A DNA stretch of 44,451 nt from Oculatellaceae cyanobacterium bins.114. GTDB lineage: Bacteria > Cyanobacteriota > Cyanobacteriia > Elainellales > Elainellaceae. Of this stretch, positions 28,385 through 38,283 are shown piece by piece (within the stretch, counting starts at the first letter, position 1; every line of letters begins with the position of its first letter). A model generated the notes under the pieces. That model was given only the letters and a program-made list of their open reading frames with translations, did not search any database and was not told the origin of the DNA. The stretch lies in the NCBI GenBank assembly GCA_033764315.1, contig JANRJA010000211.1, positions 1-44,451 of the forward strand. Reading direction: 5' to 3'. The translations under genes were made by a program, and so were the position numbers.

Positions 28385-29620
28385 TTACTTGATCGCGTCC
28401 ATCACAGCAAAGATCGGTAGATACATCGCAACGAGAATAGAACCCACCATGCCGCCGAGTACCAGAATCATGATGGGTTCCATCAAGCTGGTCAGTCCTT
28501 TCACTGCCTGCTCGACCTCATCCTCATAAAAGTCAGCAACCTTCATCAACATGGTGTCAATTTCACCCGTTTCTTCCCCAATGTTGATCATTTGAATGGC
28601 CATGATTGGGAAAACTTGCTCTTTTTGAAGCGCAATACTGATCATGCCTCCTGATTGCACTTCTCGACGGGCTTCATCCACAGCATTGGCAATAATCACA
28701 TTTCCAGCCGTATCTCGAACAATTTCCAGTGAAGTCAGGATAGGTACACCAGAGCGAGATAGAGAGCCAAAGGTTCGACAGAAGCGGGCAGTAGCTGTTT
28801 TTTGCAGTAAGTCGCCAAACAAAGGCATCTTGAGAAAGAAGCGATCGAGAGTTTCACGACCAACCTTGGTCTTATAGTACTGCTGGTAGGAAAATACCAG
28901 AATTCCAATGACAAGCACGGCTGTTCCAAAATAGACGGGAGTTCTGAGAACAGAACTGATCGTCAACATCAATTGAGTGAAAGCCGGTAGATCTGCGTCT
29001 AGCTCATCAAAGATATTGGCAAAAATGGGTAGCAAAAACATTGTCATACCCAGAAAAATCAGGACAGCGATCGTACCCACCGCAATTGGGTAAGACATGG
29101 CCGATTTAATCTGGTTTTGCAGACGCGCCGTATCTTCCAACAGCTTGGACAAGCGGTTCATGACCTCGTCTAAGACCCCGCCCACTTCACCCGCTTGCAC
29201 CATAGCGACGTAAAGCGAGTCAAAGCAAGAGGGATGCTTCCGCATAGAATCTGAGAGGTTAGTGCCCTGCTGCACATCTGAGCTAATTTCTTGTAATGCC
29301 TTCTTTAATTTAGGGTTGGGGCATTGATCTGACAAAATGCCGAGTCCCCTAACCATTGCTACACCAGCGTTGATTAACACCGCAAATTGCCGAGAGAAGA
29401 TGGCTTTGTCTTTGACCGTGACCTTGGCAAGAGAGTCTTTAATCTGATTCAGATCGAAGCTGTTCATGCTCTCAAACAGGCCCCGGTCTTCGGTCAGTTC
29501 TTGTACAAACAAGCCTTGTTCCCGCAAAGCAGAACGTGCTTCAGCTGGAGTATCAGCCGTAATTTTCTGTCTTCTGGGGTTCCCTTTTGAATCCCGAGCT
29601 TTTACAACATAGGTAGGCAT
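28385..29620 (-). CDS. pilC: Type IV pilus platform protein PilC (GspF family)
   Basis: FSRQFAVLINAGV, AGEVGGVLDEV, IKSAMSYP, IGEETGEID, MYLPIF. Confidence 0.96.
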   Translation of the reverse strand: MPTYVVKARDSKGNPRRQKITADTPAEARSALREQGLFVQELTEDRGLFESMNSFDLNQIKDSLAKVTVKDKAIFSRQFAVLINAGVAMVRGLGILSDQCPNPKLKKALQEISSDVQQGTNLSDSMRKHPSCFDSLYVAMVQAGEVGGVLDEVMNRLSKLLEDTARLQNQIKSAMSYPIAVGTIAVLIFLGMTMFLLPIFANIFDELDADLPAFTQLMLTISSVLRTPVYFGTAVLVIGILVFSYQQYYKTKVGRETLDRFFLKMPLFGDLLQKTATARFCRTFGSLSRSGVPILTSLEIVRDTAGNVIIANAVDEARREVQSGGMISIALQKEQVFPIMAIQMINIGEETGEIDTMLMKVADFYEDEVEQAVKGLTSLMEPIMILVLGGMVGSILVAMYLPIFAVMDAIK

Positions 29621-29664
29621 GGCTCACGTCCCAATGACGATAGGGGTTACAGGAATCATCAACG

Positions 29665-29689
29665 CTCAGTTATTGGCACAATAACTGAG
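29665..29689. other. Perfect 11-bp hairpin in the pilT-pilC spacer
   Basis: CTCAGTTATTG-GCA-CAATAACTGAG. Confidence 0.6.
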
Positions 29690-29849
29690 TGAGTAAAATC
29701 TTGTGGAAAATTGCTAAAGAAGCGATCGCTCACCTCACGAGATCTTAGCCTTGGGCCACTCTCTAACCCATCAATCATAACGACTGAATTTGAATTGAAC
29801 GCAAATTGAGAGTAAACCGATTGACAGCAAGAGGGTGAGATGAGCAGAT

Positions 29850-29881
29850 GTATGAGATTAACGAGGTATGAGATTAACGAG
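29850..29881. repeat. Perfect 16-bp tandem duplication spanning the pilT stop codon
   Basis: GTATGAGATTAACGAG x2. Confidence 0.9.
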
Positions 29882-30998
29882 CAGCTGTCCCAGCACCCGG
29901 ACGAGCTCCGGTAGGGGCTGGTCCGACGCCACCAATCAAGCGTTGGAATTCATCTGGGCGAGAGGTTCTAGACATGGCTGACTCAAACGAAATAGAACCC
30001 GCTTTATAGAGATCAGCCAGCACCTTCTCCAGCGTCACCATGCCCAATTTACCCCCCGTTTGAATGGCGGAATAAATTTGAGAGGTTTTTCCTTCTCGAA
30101 TTAGGTTCGAGATCGCTGGTGTAATAACCATGATTTCTTGTGCCATCACACGACCAAACTCACCAGGCTTAGGATTCTTTCTAGACACCAAGGTTTGACT
30201 AAAGACTGCCACCAGTGAGTTAGAGAGCTGCACTCTGACCTGTTGTTGCCGTTCCGATGGAAACACGTCAATCATCCGGTCAACCGTCTGTGATGCCGAA
30301 CTCGTGTGCAGCGTCCCAAATACTAAGTGCCCTGTTTCAGCCGCCGAAATGGCCAGTGAAATTGTTTCCAAGTCCCGCATTTCACCCACCAGGATAATAT
30401 CAGGATCTTCCCGCAGAGCCGCTCTCAAGGCATTGGCAAAACTTTTCGTATCTTCACCCAACTGCCGTTGGTGAATCAAGCTCTTAATCGGTTCATAGAC
30501 GAATTCAATCGGGTCTTCAATTGTCAAAATGTGCTCTGCTCGAGTCCGATTGATTAAATCAATCATGGCTGCCAGAGTTGTTGTTTTTCCAGACCCAGTT
30601 GGCCCCGTTACCAGAATCAAACCTCTTGGTTTTTCCGACATTTCACGCACAATGTCGGGCAATCCTAATTTCTCAAAACTCGGAATTTTAGAGCTAAGTG
30701 CTCTTAGACAAGCAGCATAAGTGCCACGGTCTTTGTAAACGTTGACCCGAAATCGAGCTAATCCTTTGACTCCATAAGAGCAGTCTAATTCCCAGTTCTG
30801 TTCCAGGTTTTTCCGCTGTGTATTGTTCAGCATGCTAAAGATGAGCCGCTGACACTGCTCAGCTGTCATTGGTTCATCACCAATGGGAGTCAAGTGACCA
30901 CTGAGTCGAAAGTAGGGAGGCAATCCCGCGGATAGGTGCATATCGGAGCCGCCCATCTCAATCAACTGCTCCATGAGGTCTTCAATCATCAATTCCAT
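29874..30998 (-). CDS. pilT: Type IV pilus retraction ATPase PilT
   Basis: GPTGSGKTTTL, TIEDPIE, LREDPDIILVGEMRD, TGHLVFGTLHT, AISNLIRE. Confidence 0.97.
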   Translation of the reverse strand: MELMIEDLMEQLIEMGGSDMHLSAGLPPYFRLSGHLTPIGDEPMTAEQCQRLIFSMLNNTQRKNLEQNWELDCSYGVKGLARFRVNVYKDRGTYAACLRALSSKIPSFEKLGLPDIVREMSEKPRGLILVTGPTGSGKTTTLAAMIDLINRTRAEHILTIEDPIEFVYEPIKSLIHQRQLGEDTKSFANALRAALREDPDIILVGEMRDLETISLAISAAETGHLVFGTLHTSSASQTVDRMIDVFPSERQQQVRVQLSNSLVAVFSQTLVSRKNPKPGEFGRVMAQEIMVITPAISNLIREGKTSQIYSAIQTGGKLGMVTLEKVLADLYKAGSISFESAMSRTSRPDEFQRLIGGVGPAPTGARPGAGTAAR

Positions 30999-31046
30999 GT
31001 TGCTTCTCCTTAAGGCGATGTCAGCAATGCAAGTTTCAAAATTCGA

Positions 31047-33056
31047 TTAAACGTCAGTAAAGCGAGGTGTGGTGCAATAGGGACAATCTAGCCACTCTTG
31101 TTTCAGTTCTGCTCCGCATGTATTGCATGTTAGAGAACTCTTCCGTTTTGCTTTTAACTCAGCTTCTAAACCCGTGTCTGTAAAGGTGACACGCTCTACT
31201 TCTTCTAAAGTCGTTGCACCTTGGCGAACTAGATTTAAGCTGTAAGCTAACAGGGTTTTCATCCCCTCCTCAACAGCGACCTCTTTAATGCGCTCCGTTG
31301 GAGCCCCTTCAGTAATTAAGGTTTGAATGCGCTCAGTGACACGCATCACTTCATAGACCCCGCAACGCCCTTTATAGCCAATGCCCTTACAGGTCGAACA
31401 CAGCATATTTTTGGCTTTTGCTGCTTGAATCTCATCGGGTTGAAGGGAGGTTGCTTTATAGAAAGTAATGTCTGACTCTCTTGAGGTAGACAACCCAAAG
31501 CGAGCGAAATCTTCTTGAGATGGAGTATAGGGTACCCGACACTCTGAGCAGACGCGTCTCATGAGACGCTGTGCCAAGACGCCGATGAGAGAGCTAGATA
31601 CCATGAAAGGTTCGACACCCATTTCATCTAAACGGGCGATCGCACTTGCTGCGTCATTAGTATGTAGCGTTGTTAATACCAGATGCCCCGTTAGAGCCGC
31701 TTCGATCGCGGTTTTGGCTGTTTCCCGGTCACGCGTCTCACCCACCAGAATCACATCTGGATCTTGTCGTAGGAAGGCTCTCAAAATCGAGGCAAAGTCC
31801 ATGCCTTTCTCCCGAATCACCTGCACCTGCGTCAAACCTGGCAGGGTATATTCGATCGGGTCTTCTGCGGTACTAATATTGACGCCAGGATCGTTTCGTT
31901 CTGCCAGAGCTGAGTAAAGCGTCGTTGTTTTACCGGATCCAGTCGGTCCAGTTACCAGAATTAGCCCGAATGGACGAGCCACCATATCTTGAACAATTTC
32001 TAGGGTTTCTGTATCTGTGATGAGTTTATTCAGACCTAATTGGGTAGCGGAGTTATCCAGAATCCGCAAAACCACTTTTTCGCCATAGCGGCTGGGTAAA
32101 GTGTTGACCCGAAAATCAATTTTTCGTCCATCAAAAATTCGGCGAATCCGACCATCTTGAGGCATCCGACGCTCAGCAATGTCCAACTCGGCGATGATTT
32201 TGAAACGAGCTGTAACCGCAGGAACAATTTTCTTGGGTAGAGGTTCAAAGGCTTCTCTTAACACCCCATCTTTGCGAAATCGAATCCGCAGATGTTCTTC
32301 TTGAGGTTCAACGTGAATATCTGAAACGCTTTCCTGGAGAGCCTTGACCAAGATTTTGTTGACCAGAGCAATGACAGGAGCCGCTTCCGCATCGGCCAGG
32401 GCAACATCCAGATTGGCATCTGCATCGTCTGATACTTCTTCCAGATCAAGATACTCCAATCCCTCCAAGTCCGCTTTAACGTCAACCTTGGATTGCAGAT
32501 CAAGCTGTTTTTGCCGCTCAACTTGCTCATCTAGATATTGTGAAATGATCCGTTGATAATCCTCTGCCGTAATGACCATCCGTTGAAGTGCTAGACCCTG
32601 AGGCCGCAAAATCCGGTTCAGGTCATCCTGAGCATCTAGGTTATCGGGGTCAACCATTGCCACTAGGATTGAAAACGGTTCTTGCTCAGTTTTAGAGAGG
32701 GGCACCAACCGATAGCGACGACAGACATCAACTGGGATCAGCGTGTCAATCAATACGCTGACTTGGGATGTGGCAATCTGACTGATTTCAGGATCGAGTG
32801 ATTCAACTCCATAGAGAATCTTCAATTCAAAGAGCTGTTGCTTTTTATATTGGCGTACCCACTCCGCTGGAAGTGGTAAACCAGTGATGTTTTCCAGCAC
32901 TTCGATCAAGGGTCTACCCGATTTCCGGCTCTCAACTAAAGCCTGTTGCATCTGTTCGATGTTAACGTAGCCAGTTTTAACTAATTGATTACTAGCCGGT
33001 GAAAAAGAGTGTTGTACAACTAGAGCTTTGCGCGACGACGGCGAGGAGTTAGACAT
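31047..33056 (-). CDS. pilB: Type IV pilus assembly ATPase PilB with a C-terminal Cys4 extension
   Basis: SDIHVEP, DIAERRMPQDGR, GPTGSGKTTTLY, LRQDPDVILVGETRD. C-terminal CNTC...CPYC. Confidence 0.96.
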   Translation of the reverse strand: MSNSSPSSRKALVVQHSFSPASNQLVKTGYVNIEQMQQALVESRKSGRPLIEVLENITGLPLPAEWVRQYKKQQLFELKILYGVESLDPEISQIATSQVSVLIDTLIPVDVCRRYRLVPLSKTEQEPFSILVAMVDPDNLDAQDDLNRILRPQGLALQRMVITAEDYQRIISQYLDEQVERQKQLDLQSKVDVKADLEGLEYLDLEEVSDDADANLDVALADAEAAPVIALVNKILVKALQESVSDIHVEPQEEHLRIRFRKDGVLREAFEPLPKKIVPAVTARFKIIAELDIAERRMPQDGRIRRIFDGRKIDFRVNTLPSRYGEKVVLRILDNSATQLGLNKLITDTETLEIVQDMVARPFGLILVTGPTGSGKTTTLYSALAERNDPGVNISTAEDPIEYTLPGLTQVQVIREKGMDFASILRAFLRQDPDVILVGETRDRETAKTAIEAALTGHLVLTTLHTNDAASAIARLDEMGVEPFMVSSSLIGVLAQRLMRRVCSECRVPYTPSQEDFARFGLSTSRESDITFYKATSLQPDEIQAAKAKNMLCSTCKGIGYKGRCGVYEVMRVTERIQTLITEGAPTERIKEVAVEEGMKTLLAYSLNLVRQGATTLEEVERVTFTDTGLEAELKAKRKSSLTCNTCGAELKQEWLDCPYCTTPRFTDV

Positions 33057-33181
33057 AGCGGTTGGGAGAGTATCTTACTTGATTGAAGCCAGAGGGTAGG
33101 GTGACTGAATTAAATTTGCACGGTCTACAGGATGAACGAATGGTATCGCTTTTCTAGGGGTCGGAGGCAAATCTATAAGAC

Positions 33182-33207
33182 TTAGCACTATTGCATTAGC
33201 ACTATTG
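33182..33207. repeat. 12-bp direct repeat (14-bp period) in the pilB/grpE divergent region
   Basis: TTAGCACTATTG CA TTAGCACTATTG. Confidence 0.75.
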
Positions 33208-33296
33208 GAAATGAATGCATAAAGTCACGTCAAGGGATTTACTCAATTTAAACCGTAAGAATTCTTAACATTGGCGATCTGTATTGCCATCCTTAG

Positions 33297-33414
33297 TACA
33301 ACTCTTCGTAAATAGGGGTGGGAATTTGGGGTGCAGGGGTGAAACCCCTGGCTAGGGGCGCAGCCCTCACACCCCCTTGGTTTTATTTCCGAACCCTATC
33401 TATGAAAAGCAGTA
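33297..33414. mobile_element. MITE-like element with CTTAG target duplication and a GC-rich branched hairpin cargo
   Basis: CTTAG at 33292-33296 and 33415-33419. Imperfect TIRs TACAACTCTTCGTAAATAGGG / CCCTATCTATGAAAAGCAGTA. Core GGGGTG-CAGGGGTGAAACCCCTG-GCT-AGGGGCGCAGCCCT-CACACCCC. Confidence 0.7.
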
Positions 33415-33787
33415 CTTAGTAATGATTAAATCTTGACCAAGAAGTGAGATCACTCTGGTGGCAAAATAAGTAGAGTAGTATGAGGAAATCAGTTGACTTG
33501 TCTCGGTTTCTTAACAAATATTGTTTAGCCCCCCAGATAGACGCTGATACCTGTTCAAAATGATAGCCCGTCCTTGCCAGGTCAACCCCCGTAAAAGCAC
33601 TTTAGTACATAGATATTTCATAAAGTTGTGCCCAAATAATAGCTGGTACTGAGGATGAGCACAGGTATGTGAATTACTATTTGGGTAATTTCGATAGAAG
33701 TTTCTGTTGAAATGACGATCGCCTCTTCATAAACTCAACTCTTGGGCGATCGTTTCACTATGATGAATGCCTTGAAATTAGTGCACA

Positions 33788-34564
33788 ATGTTTGATAGGA
33801 AAAAGCAATTAGAAAATACACAAGAGTCAGAGTCAATGCCTAAGGATTCAGGGGTTTCACAAGACACCGAAGACAAAGCAACATCTGTTGAACCTGGTTT
33901 GATAGATGAACCAACCCTAGATGTTGAGCCATCAGTTTCGCCAGAAATGGTTACTGATGAAGCTTTGGATGATGAAGGCGCAGAGCCCATCTTTGATGCT
34001 GCCGATACAACAAGTGAATTGCCTCCGCAAAATGAGTATCAGATCACAATCGATGAACTGACCAAGCAAGTCGAATCTCTTAAAGCTCACGTTGATGAGC
34101 GGACAGGCCAGTGCATGCGGATGGCTGCTGATTTTGACAATTTTCGTAAGCGGACTCAAAAAGAAAAAGAAGATCTAGAACAGCAGGTTAAATGCTCTAC
34201 AGTGATAGAACTCTTACCTGTGGTTGACAATTTTGAAAGGGCGCGCTTGCAAATTAAGCCTCAGACTGAGTCAGAAATGACCATTCATAAGAGCTATCAA
34301 GGGGTCTACAAAGACCTCGTTGACCGCTTAAAGCGGATTGGGGTTGCCCCAATGCGAGCAGAAGGTAAGGAATTCGACCCAAACCTTCACGAGGCCGTGA
34401 TGCGAGAGCCTACAGAAGAGTTTGCCGAAGGTACAGTCATGGAGGAACTTGTCAGGGGCTACCTTTTAGGAGAACGTGTACTACGCCATGCCATGGTTAA
34501 AGTTGCCGCTCCACCAGAAGAGGTTACAACAGAAGAGACTCATTCAAATGACACGGAAGGTTAA
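33788..34564 (+). CDS. grpE: Nucleotide exchange factor GrpE
   Basis: [49 protein letters not shown]. Confidence 0.97.
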   Translation: MFDRKKQLENTQESESMPKDSGVSQDTEDKATSVEPGLIDEPTLDVEPSVSPEMVTDEALDDEGAEPIFDAADTTSELPPQNEYQITIDELTKQVESLKAHVDERTGQCMRMAADFDNFRKRTQKEKEDLEQQVKCSTVIELLPVVDNFERARLQIKPQTESEMTIHKSYQGVYKDLVDRLKRIGVAPMRAEGKEFDPNLHEAVMREPTEEFAEGTVMEELVRGYLLGERVLRHAMVKVAAPPEEVTTEETHSNDTEG

Positions 34565-34744
34565 TCTGCATGAAAAACTGCTATTCCGCATCTGTCCAAT
34601 TACTTAGCCAGACTCTTTAACTAAAGATTTCAGGGTAAGTGATCAGATTCCCGGAAAATTGCGGAATACTTGCTAGAAATGAGTTCAATTCCTAAGCCAC
34701 ACCATTTGTGCTCATTCACTTGAATACGTTTATAGCCGCTAATT

Positions 34745-36709
34745 ATGGGAAAAGTCATCGGTATTGACCTCGGCACGACAAACAGCTGCGTCGCAGTTCT
34801 AGAAGGCGGTCAGCCAGTCGTCATTTCAAACTCTGAAGGCGGACGCACGACCCCCAGCATTGTTGGGTTTGGAAAGTCGGGCGAGCGTTTAGTCGGGCAG
34901 CTAGCGAAGCGGCAAGGGGTGACAAATGCTGAAAACACTGTCTTCAGTATCAAACGCTTCATTGGTCGTCGTTGGGAAGATACTGTTGATGAGCGGAGCC
35001 GCGTTCCCTATACCTGTGTTAAGGGTAAGGACGATACTGTAAACGTTCAAATTCGAGGGAAGACCTATACTCCCCAGGAAATTTCAGCCATGATCTTGCA
35101 GAAACTAAAGCAAGACGCTGAAAACTACCTGGGCGAACCTGCCACCCAAGCGGTGATTACTGTTCCTGCTTATTTCACCGATGCACAAAAGCAGGCTACT
35201 AAAGATGCTGGAACGATCGCCGGACTAGAAGTGCTCCGGATTATCAATGAACCCACTGCCGCTGCCTTGTCCTTTGGCTTAGACAAGCAAGACCAGGAAC
35301 AAAGCGTACTCGTGTTTGACTTGGGGGGTGGAACCTTTGATGTCTCTGTGTTGCAACTGGGAGATGGGGTTTTTGAAGTCAAAGCCACTTCTGGTAACAA
35401 TCACTTAGGCGGAGACGATTTTGACAATGCCTTAGTTCGGTGGCTGATCAATAACTTTAGAGAGCAAGAAGGGATTGATCTGTCAACCGACAAAATGGCA
35501 CTTCAACGGCTGCGAGAAGCGGCTGAGAAAGCCAAAATCGAACTCTCTAATATGATCACAACGACTATTAACCTACCGTTTATCACGGCTGATGAAACAG
35601 GACCGAAACATTTAGAGATGGAGCTGACTCGGACTAAGTTTGAAGAACTGGTCAGCCACTTAATTAAGGGAACGATCGACCCGGTTACTCAAGCCCTCAA
35701 AGATTGTGGATTAACCCCTGAGCAAATCGATCGCATTTTGTTGGTGGGAGGGTCTACTCGAATTCCTGCTGTTCAAGAAGCCATCAAACAATTTTTTGGT
35801 GGGAAAAATCCCGATCGCTCCATTAACCCTGATGAAGCAGTTGCCCTGGGTGCCGCTATTCAGGCAGGGGTGTTGGGTCGCGAACCCGGCATGGAAATTT
35901 TGTTGCTGGATGTCACGCCTCTCTCTTTGGGCATTGAAACCTTGGGTGAGGTGTTTACCAAAGTCATCGATCGAAACACCACCATTCCTACCAGCAAAAC
36001 ACAAACTTTCTCCACCGCAACTGATGGACAAACTTCAGTCGAAATCCATATCCTGCAAGGAGAGCGGGCAATGGCAAAGGATAACAAGAGCTTAGGGAAA
36101 TACCAATTAACTGGAATTCCGCCTGCTCCTAGAGGGGTGCCACAAATTGAAGTCTCCTTTGAAATTGATGCCAATGGCATTTTGCAAGTTGCTGCTCGAG
36201 ATAAGGGCACTGGACGCGAGCAAAGCATCCGGATTAGTAATACGGGTGGCTTGAGTGAGGCAGAGGTTGAAAAGGCGCGTCAGGAAGCTGAAATCTACGC
36301 AGAAGAGGATCGTCGTCGTAAGCAGTTAGTTGAACTGCGTAATCAGGCAGACGGTTTGTTCTATAGCTATGAATCGACGCTTAGAGAACACGCTGATCTG
36401 ATTGGGGAAGAGCTAAAAGCCGAGGCAGATGGACGATCTAAGGAATTAAGACGAGCTGTGATCGACCCCAATATTACGGTCGAAGCCATGAAGCAGTGTT
36501 TAGATGCTTTGCAACAAGCTCTTCTCAGTATCGGTGCGGCCGTCTATCAACAAGCCAATCAGGATGATAGTGGGTATGGTTACACCACTAGTGCAGAAGA
36601 TTGGGCTAGTAATGGTCATGGTGAGTCTGACGAGTTGACCGAAAACTACGATGATTACACCTTTGACAATGCTGCTACGGTTGAGACTCCCTATGAACCA
36701 GTTGATTAG
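34745..36709 (+). CDS. dnaK: Molecular chaperone DnaK (grpE-linked paralogue with an acidic tail)
   Basis: [48 protein letters not shown]. Confidence 0.98.
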   Translation: MGKVIGIDLGTTNSCVAVLEGGQPVVISNSEGGRTTPSIVGFGKSGERLVGQLAKRQGVTNAENTVFSIKRFIGRRWEDTVDERSRVPYTCVKGKDDTVNVQIRGKTYTPQEISAMILQKLKQDAENYLGEPATQAVITVPAYFTDAQKQATKDAGTIAGLEVLRIINEPTAAALSFGLDKQDQEQSVLVFDLGGGTFDVSVLQLGDGVFEVKATSGNNHLGGDDFDNALVRWLINNFREQEGIDLSTDKMALQRLREAAEKAKIELSNMITTTINLPFITADETGPKHLEMELTRTKFEELVSHLIKGTIDPVTQALKDCGLTPEQIDRILLVGGSTRIPAVQEAIKQFFGGKNPDRSINPDEAVALGAAIQAGVLGREPGMEILLLDVTPLSLGIETLGEVFTKVIDRNTTIPTSKTQTFSTATDGQTSVEIHILQGERAMAKDNKSLGKYQLTGIPPAPRGVPQIEVSFEIDANGILQVAARDKGTGREQSIRISNTGGLSEAEVEKARQEAEIYAEEDRRRKQLVELRNQADGLFYSYESTLREHADLIGEELKAEADGRSKELRRAVIDPNITVEAMKQCLDALQQALLSIGAAVYQQANQDDSGYGYTTSAEDWASNGHGESDELTENYDDYTFDNAATVETPYEPVD

Positions 36710-36839
36710 GTTAGGATAGGCTAGTAGATATGGGGTGTTGACTGTTAGGGTATTGAGTTACTGGTTTAACCACCAGTTATCATTTCCTGCTCAGTCATTC
36801 CTCACTGTTCATTTCTCCTTAATCCCCCAGCAATACTCT

Positions 36840-37964
36840 ATGGCTCGTGACTATTACGAGATTCTTGGTGTCTCTAGAGATGCCGATAAAGAGGAAATCA
36901 AACGCGCCTACCGCAGGCTAGCTCGCAAGTATCACCCTGATGTCAACAAAGAAGAAGGCGCAGAGGAGCGATTTAAGGAGATTAACCGAGCTTATGAAGT
37001 GCTCTCAGAGCCAGAGACTCGGGCTCGTTATGATCGCTATGGTGAAGCCGGAGTTAGTTCTGCGGCAGGGGCTGGCTATCAAGATTTCAGTGATTTAGGC
37101 GGTTTTGCCGATATTTTTGAAAGCTTCTTTAGTGGCTTTTCGGGTGGTATGGGTCAATCTGCTCGGCGACGTAGTGGGCCGGTGCGGGGTGACGATTTGC
37201 GCTTGGATCTGAAGCTTGATTTTCGCGAAGCTGTCTTTGGTGGTGAAAAAGAAATTCGCATCAGTCACTTAGAGACCTGCAATACTTGCACTGGCACTGG
37301 AGCAAAGCCGGGAACACGTCCTCGTGCCTGCCCAACTTGTAGCGGTTCAGGGCAAGTCCGTCGGGCAACTCGAACTCCTTTTGGGAGCTTTACGCAAGTA
37401 TCGGTCTGCCCTACCTGTAATGGGCTTGGACAGGTCATCGAAGAAAAATGTGATACCTGTGGTGGAAGTGGACAAAAGCAAGAAGCCAAAAAACTCAAAA
37501 TCACGATTCCAGCAGGGGTAGACAATGGGACTCGCTTGAGGGTGTCTTCAGAGGGAGACGCTGGTATGCGAGGTGGCCCTTCAGGGGATCTTTACGTCTA
37601 TTTGTTTGTTAATGAAGATGCTGAGTTTCAGCGAGATGGCATCAATATTCTATCTCAGGTGAAGATCAGCTATTTGCAGGCAATTTTGGGGAGTAAATTA
37701 GAGGTTAATACGGTTGATGGGCCGGTTGAAGTGACGATCGCCCCTGGTACTCAACCTGGGACGGTGTTAACTCTAGAAAACCGAGGTGTGCCTCGTTTGG
37801 GCAATCCTGTGAGCCGGGGCAACCACTTAATTACGGTGTTAGTAGATATTCCTACTAAGGTTAATGCTGAAGAGCGAGAACTGTTGGAAAAGTTGGCTAA
37901 GTTGAGGGGCGATCGCACCAATAAAGCTGGAGGTGTAGGCTTTTTGGGGGGGCTGTTTCAGTGA
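36840..37964 (+). CDS. dnaJ: Molecular chaperone DnaJ (class A)
   Basis: [16 protein letters not shown] region, four CxxCxGxG repeats. Start set at the ATG at 36840. Confidence 0.97.
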   Translation: MARDYYEILGVSRDADKEEIKRAYRRLARKYHPDVNKEEGAEERFKEINRAYEVLSEPETRARYDRYGEAGVSSAAGAGYQDFSDLGGFADIFESFFSGFSGGMGQSARRRSGPVRGDDLRLDLKLDFREAVFGGEKEIRISHLETCNTCTGTGAKPGTRPRACPTCSGSGQVRRATRTPFGSFTQVSVCPTCNGLGQVIEEKCDTCGGSGQKQEAKKLKITIPAGVDNGTRLRVSSEGDAGMRGGPSGDLYVYLFVNEDAEFQRDGINILSQVKISYLQAILGSKLEVNTVDGPVEVTIAPGTQPGTVLTLENRGVPRLGNPVSRGNHLITVLVDIPTKVNAEERELLEKLAKLRGDRTNKAGGVGFLGGLFQ

Positions 37965-38227
37965 TTAATGATGTGTTGCAGAGCCGCTCTCCGGATGCGC
38001 AACTGGATTTGCGAGGCACACCTTGCCCTATCAACTTTGTTCGGGCCAAGTTGCGGCTTGAGAAGATGCAACCCGGTATGGTGTTGGAGCTATGGCTAGA
38101 TCCGGGTGAGCCGATTGAGCAGGTTCCTGATAGCTTAACGATGGAAGGATATGATGTTGAGCTGATCGAGGATCGTCATGACTTTTTTGCCTTAAGAGTT
38201 CGCCTTCCCTCTACTGTCAAATCTTGA
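37961..38227 (+). CDS. TusA/SirA family sulfur carrier
   Basis: [20 protein letters not shown]...LELWLD. GTGA overlap with dnaJ. Confidence 0.9.
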   Translation: MINDVLQSRSPDAQLDLRGTPCPINFVRAKLRLEKMQPGMVLELWLDPGEPIEQVPDSLTMEGYDVELIEDRHDFFALRVRLPSTVKS

Positions 38228-38283
38228 GTTGTCTTGCTTGAGTAGTGATGCATGGGTGTTCAAAGATCTGAAGTGTTTGAATT

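Noticed and set aside
33182..33207. CIRCE (HrcA operator) upstream of grpE-dnaK-dnaJ
   Set aside because: TTAGCACT occurs as a direct repeat, not the inverted TTAGCACTC-N9-GAGTGCTAA, and lies about 580 bp from grpE.
33327..33376. tRNA gene (branched GC-rich fold)
   Set aside because: Too short, has only two arms, lacks the T-loop GTTC and D-loop consensus, and lies within a MITE.
36735..36839. N-terminal extension of DnaJ (and similar extensions on ccmK3, fibrillin and the pentapeptide genes)
   Set aside because: Artefacts of longest-ORF calling. Family N-termini and RBS positions support the downstream starts.
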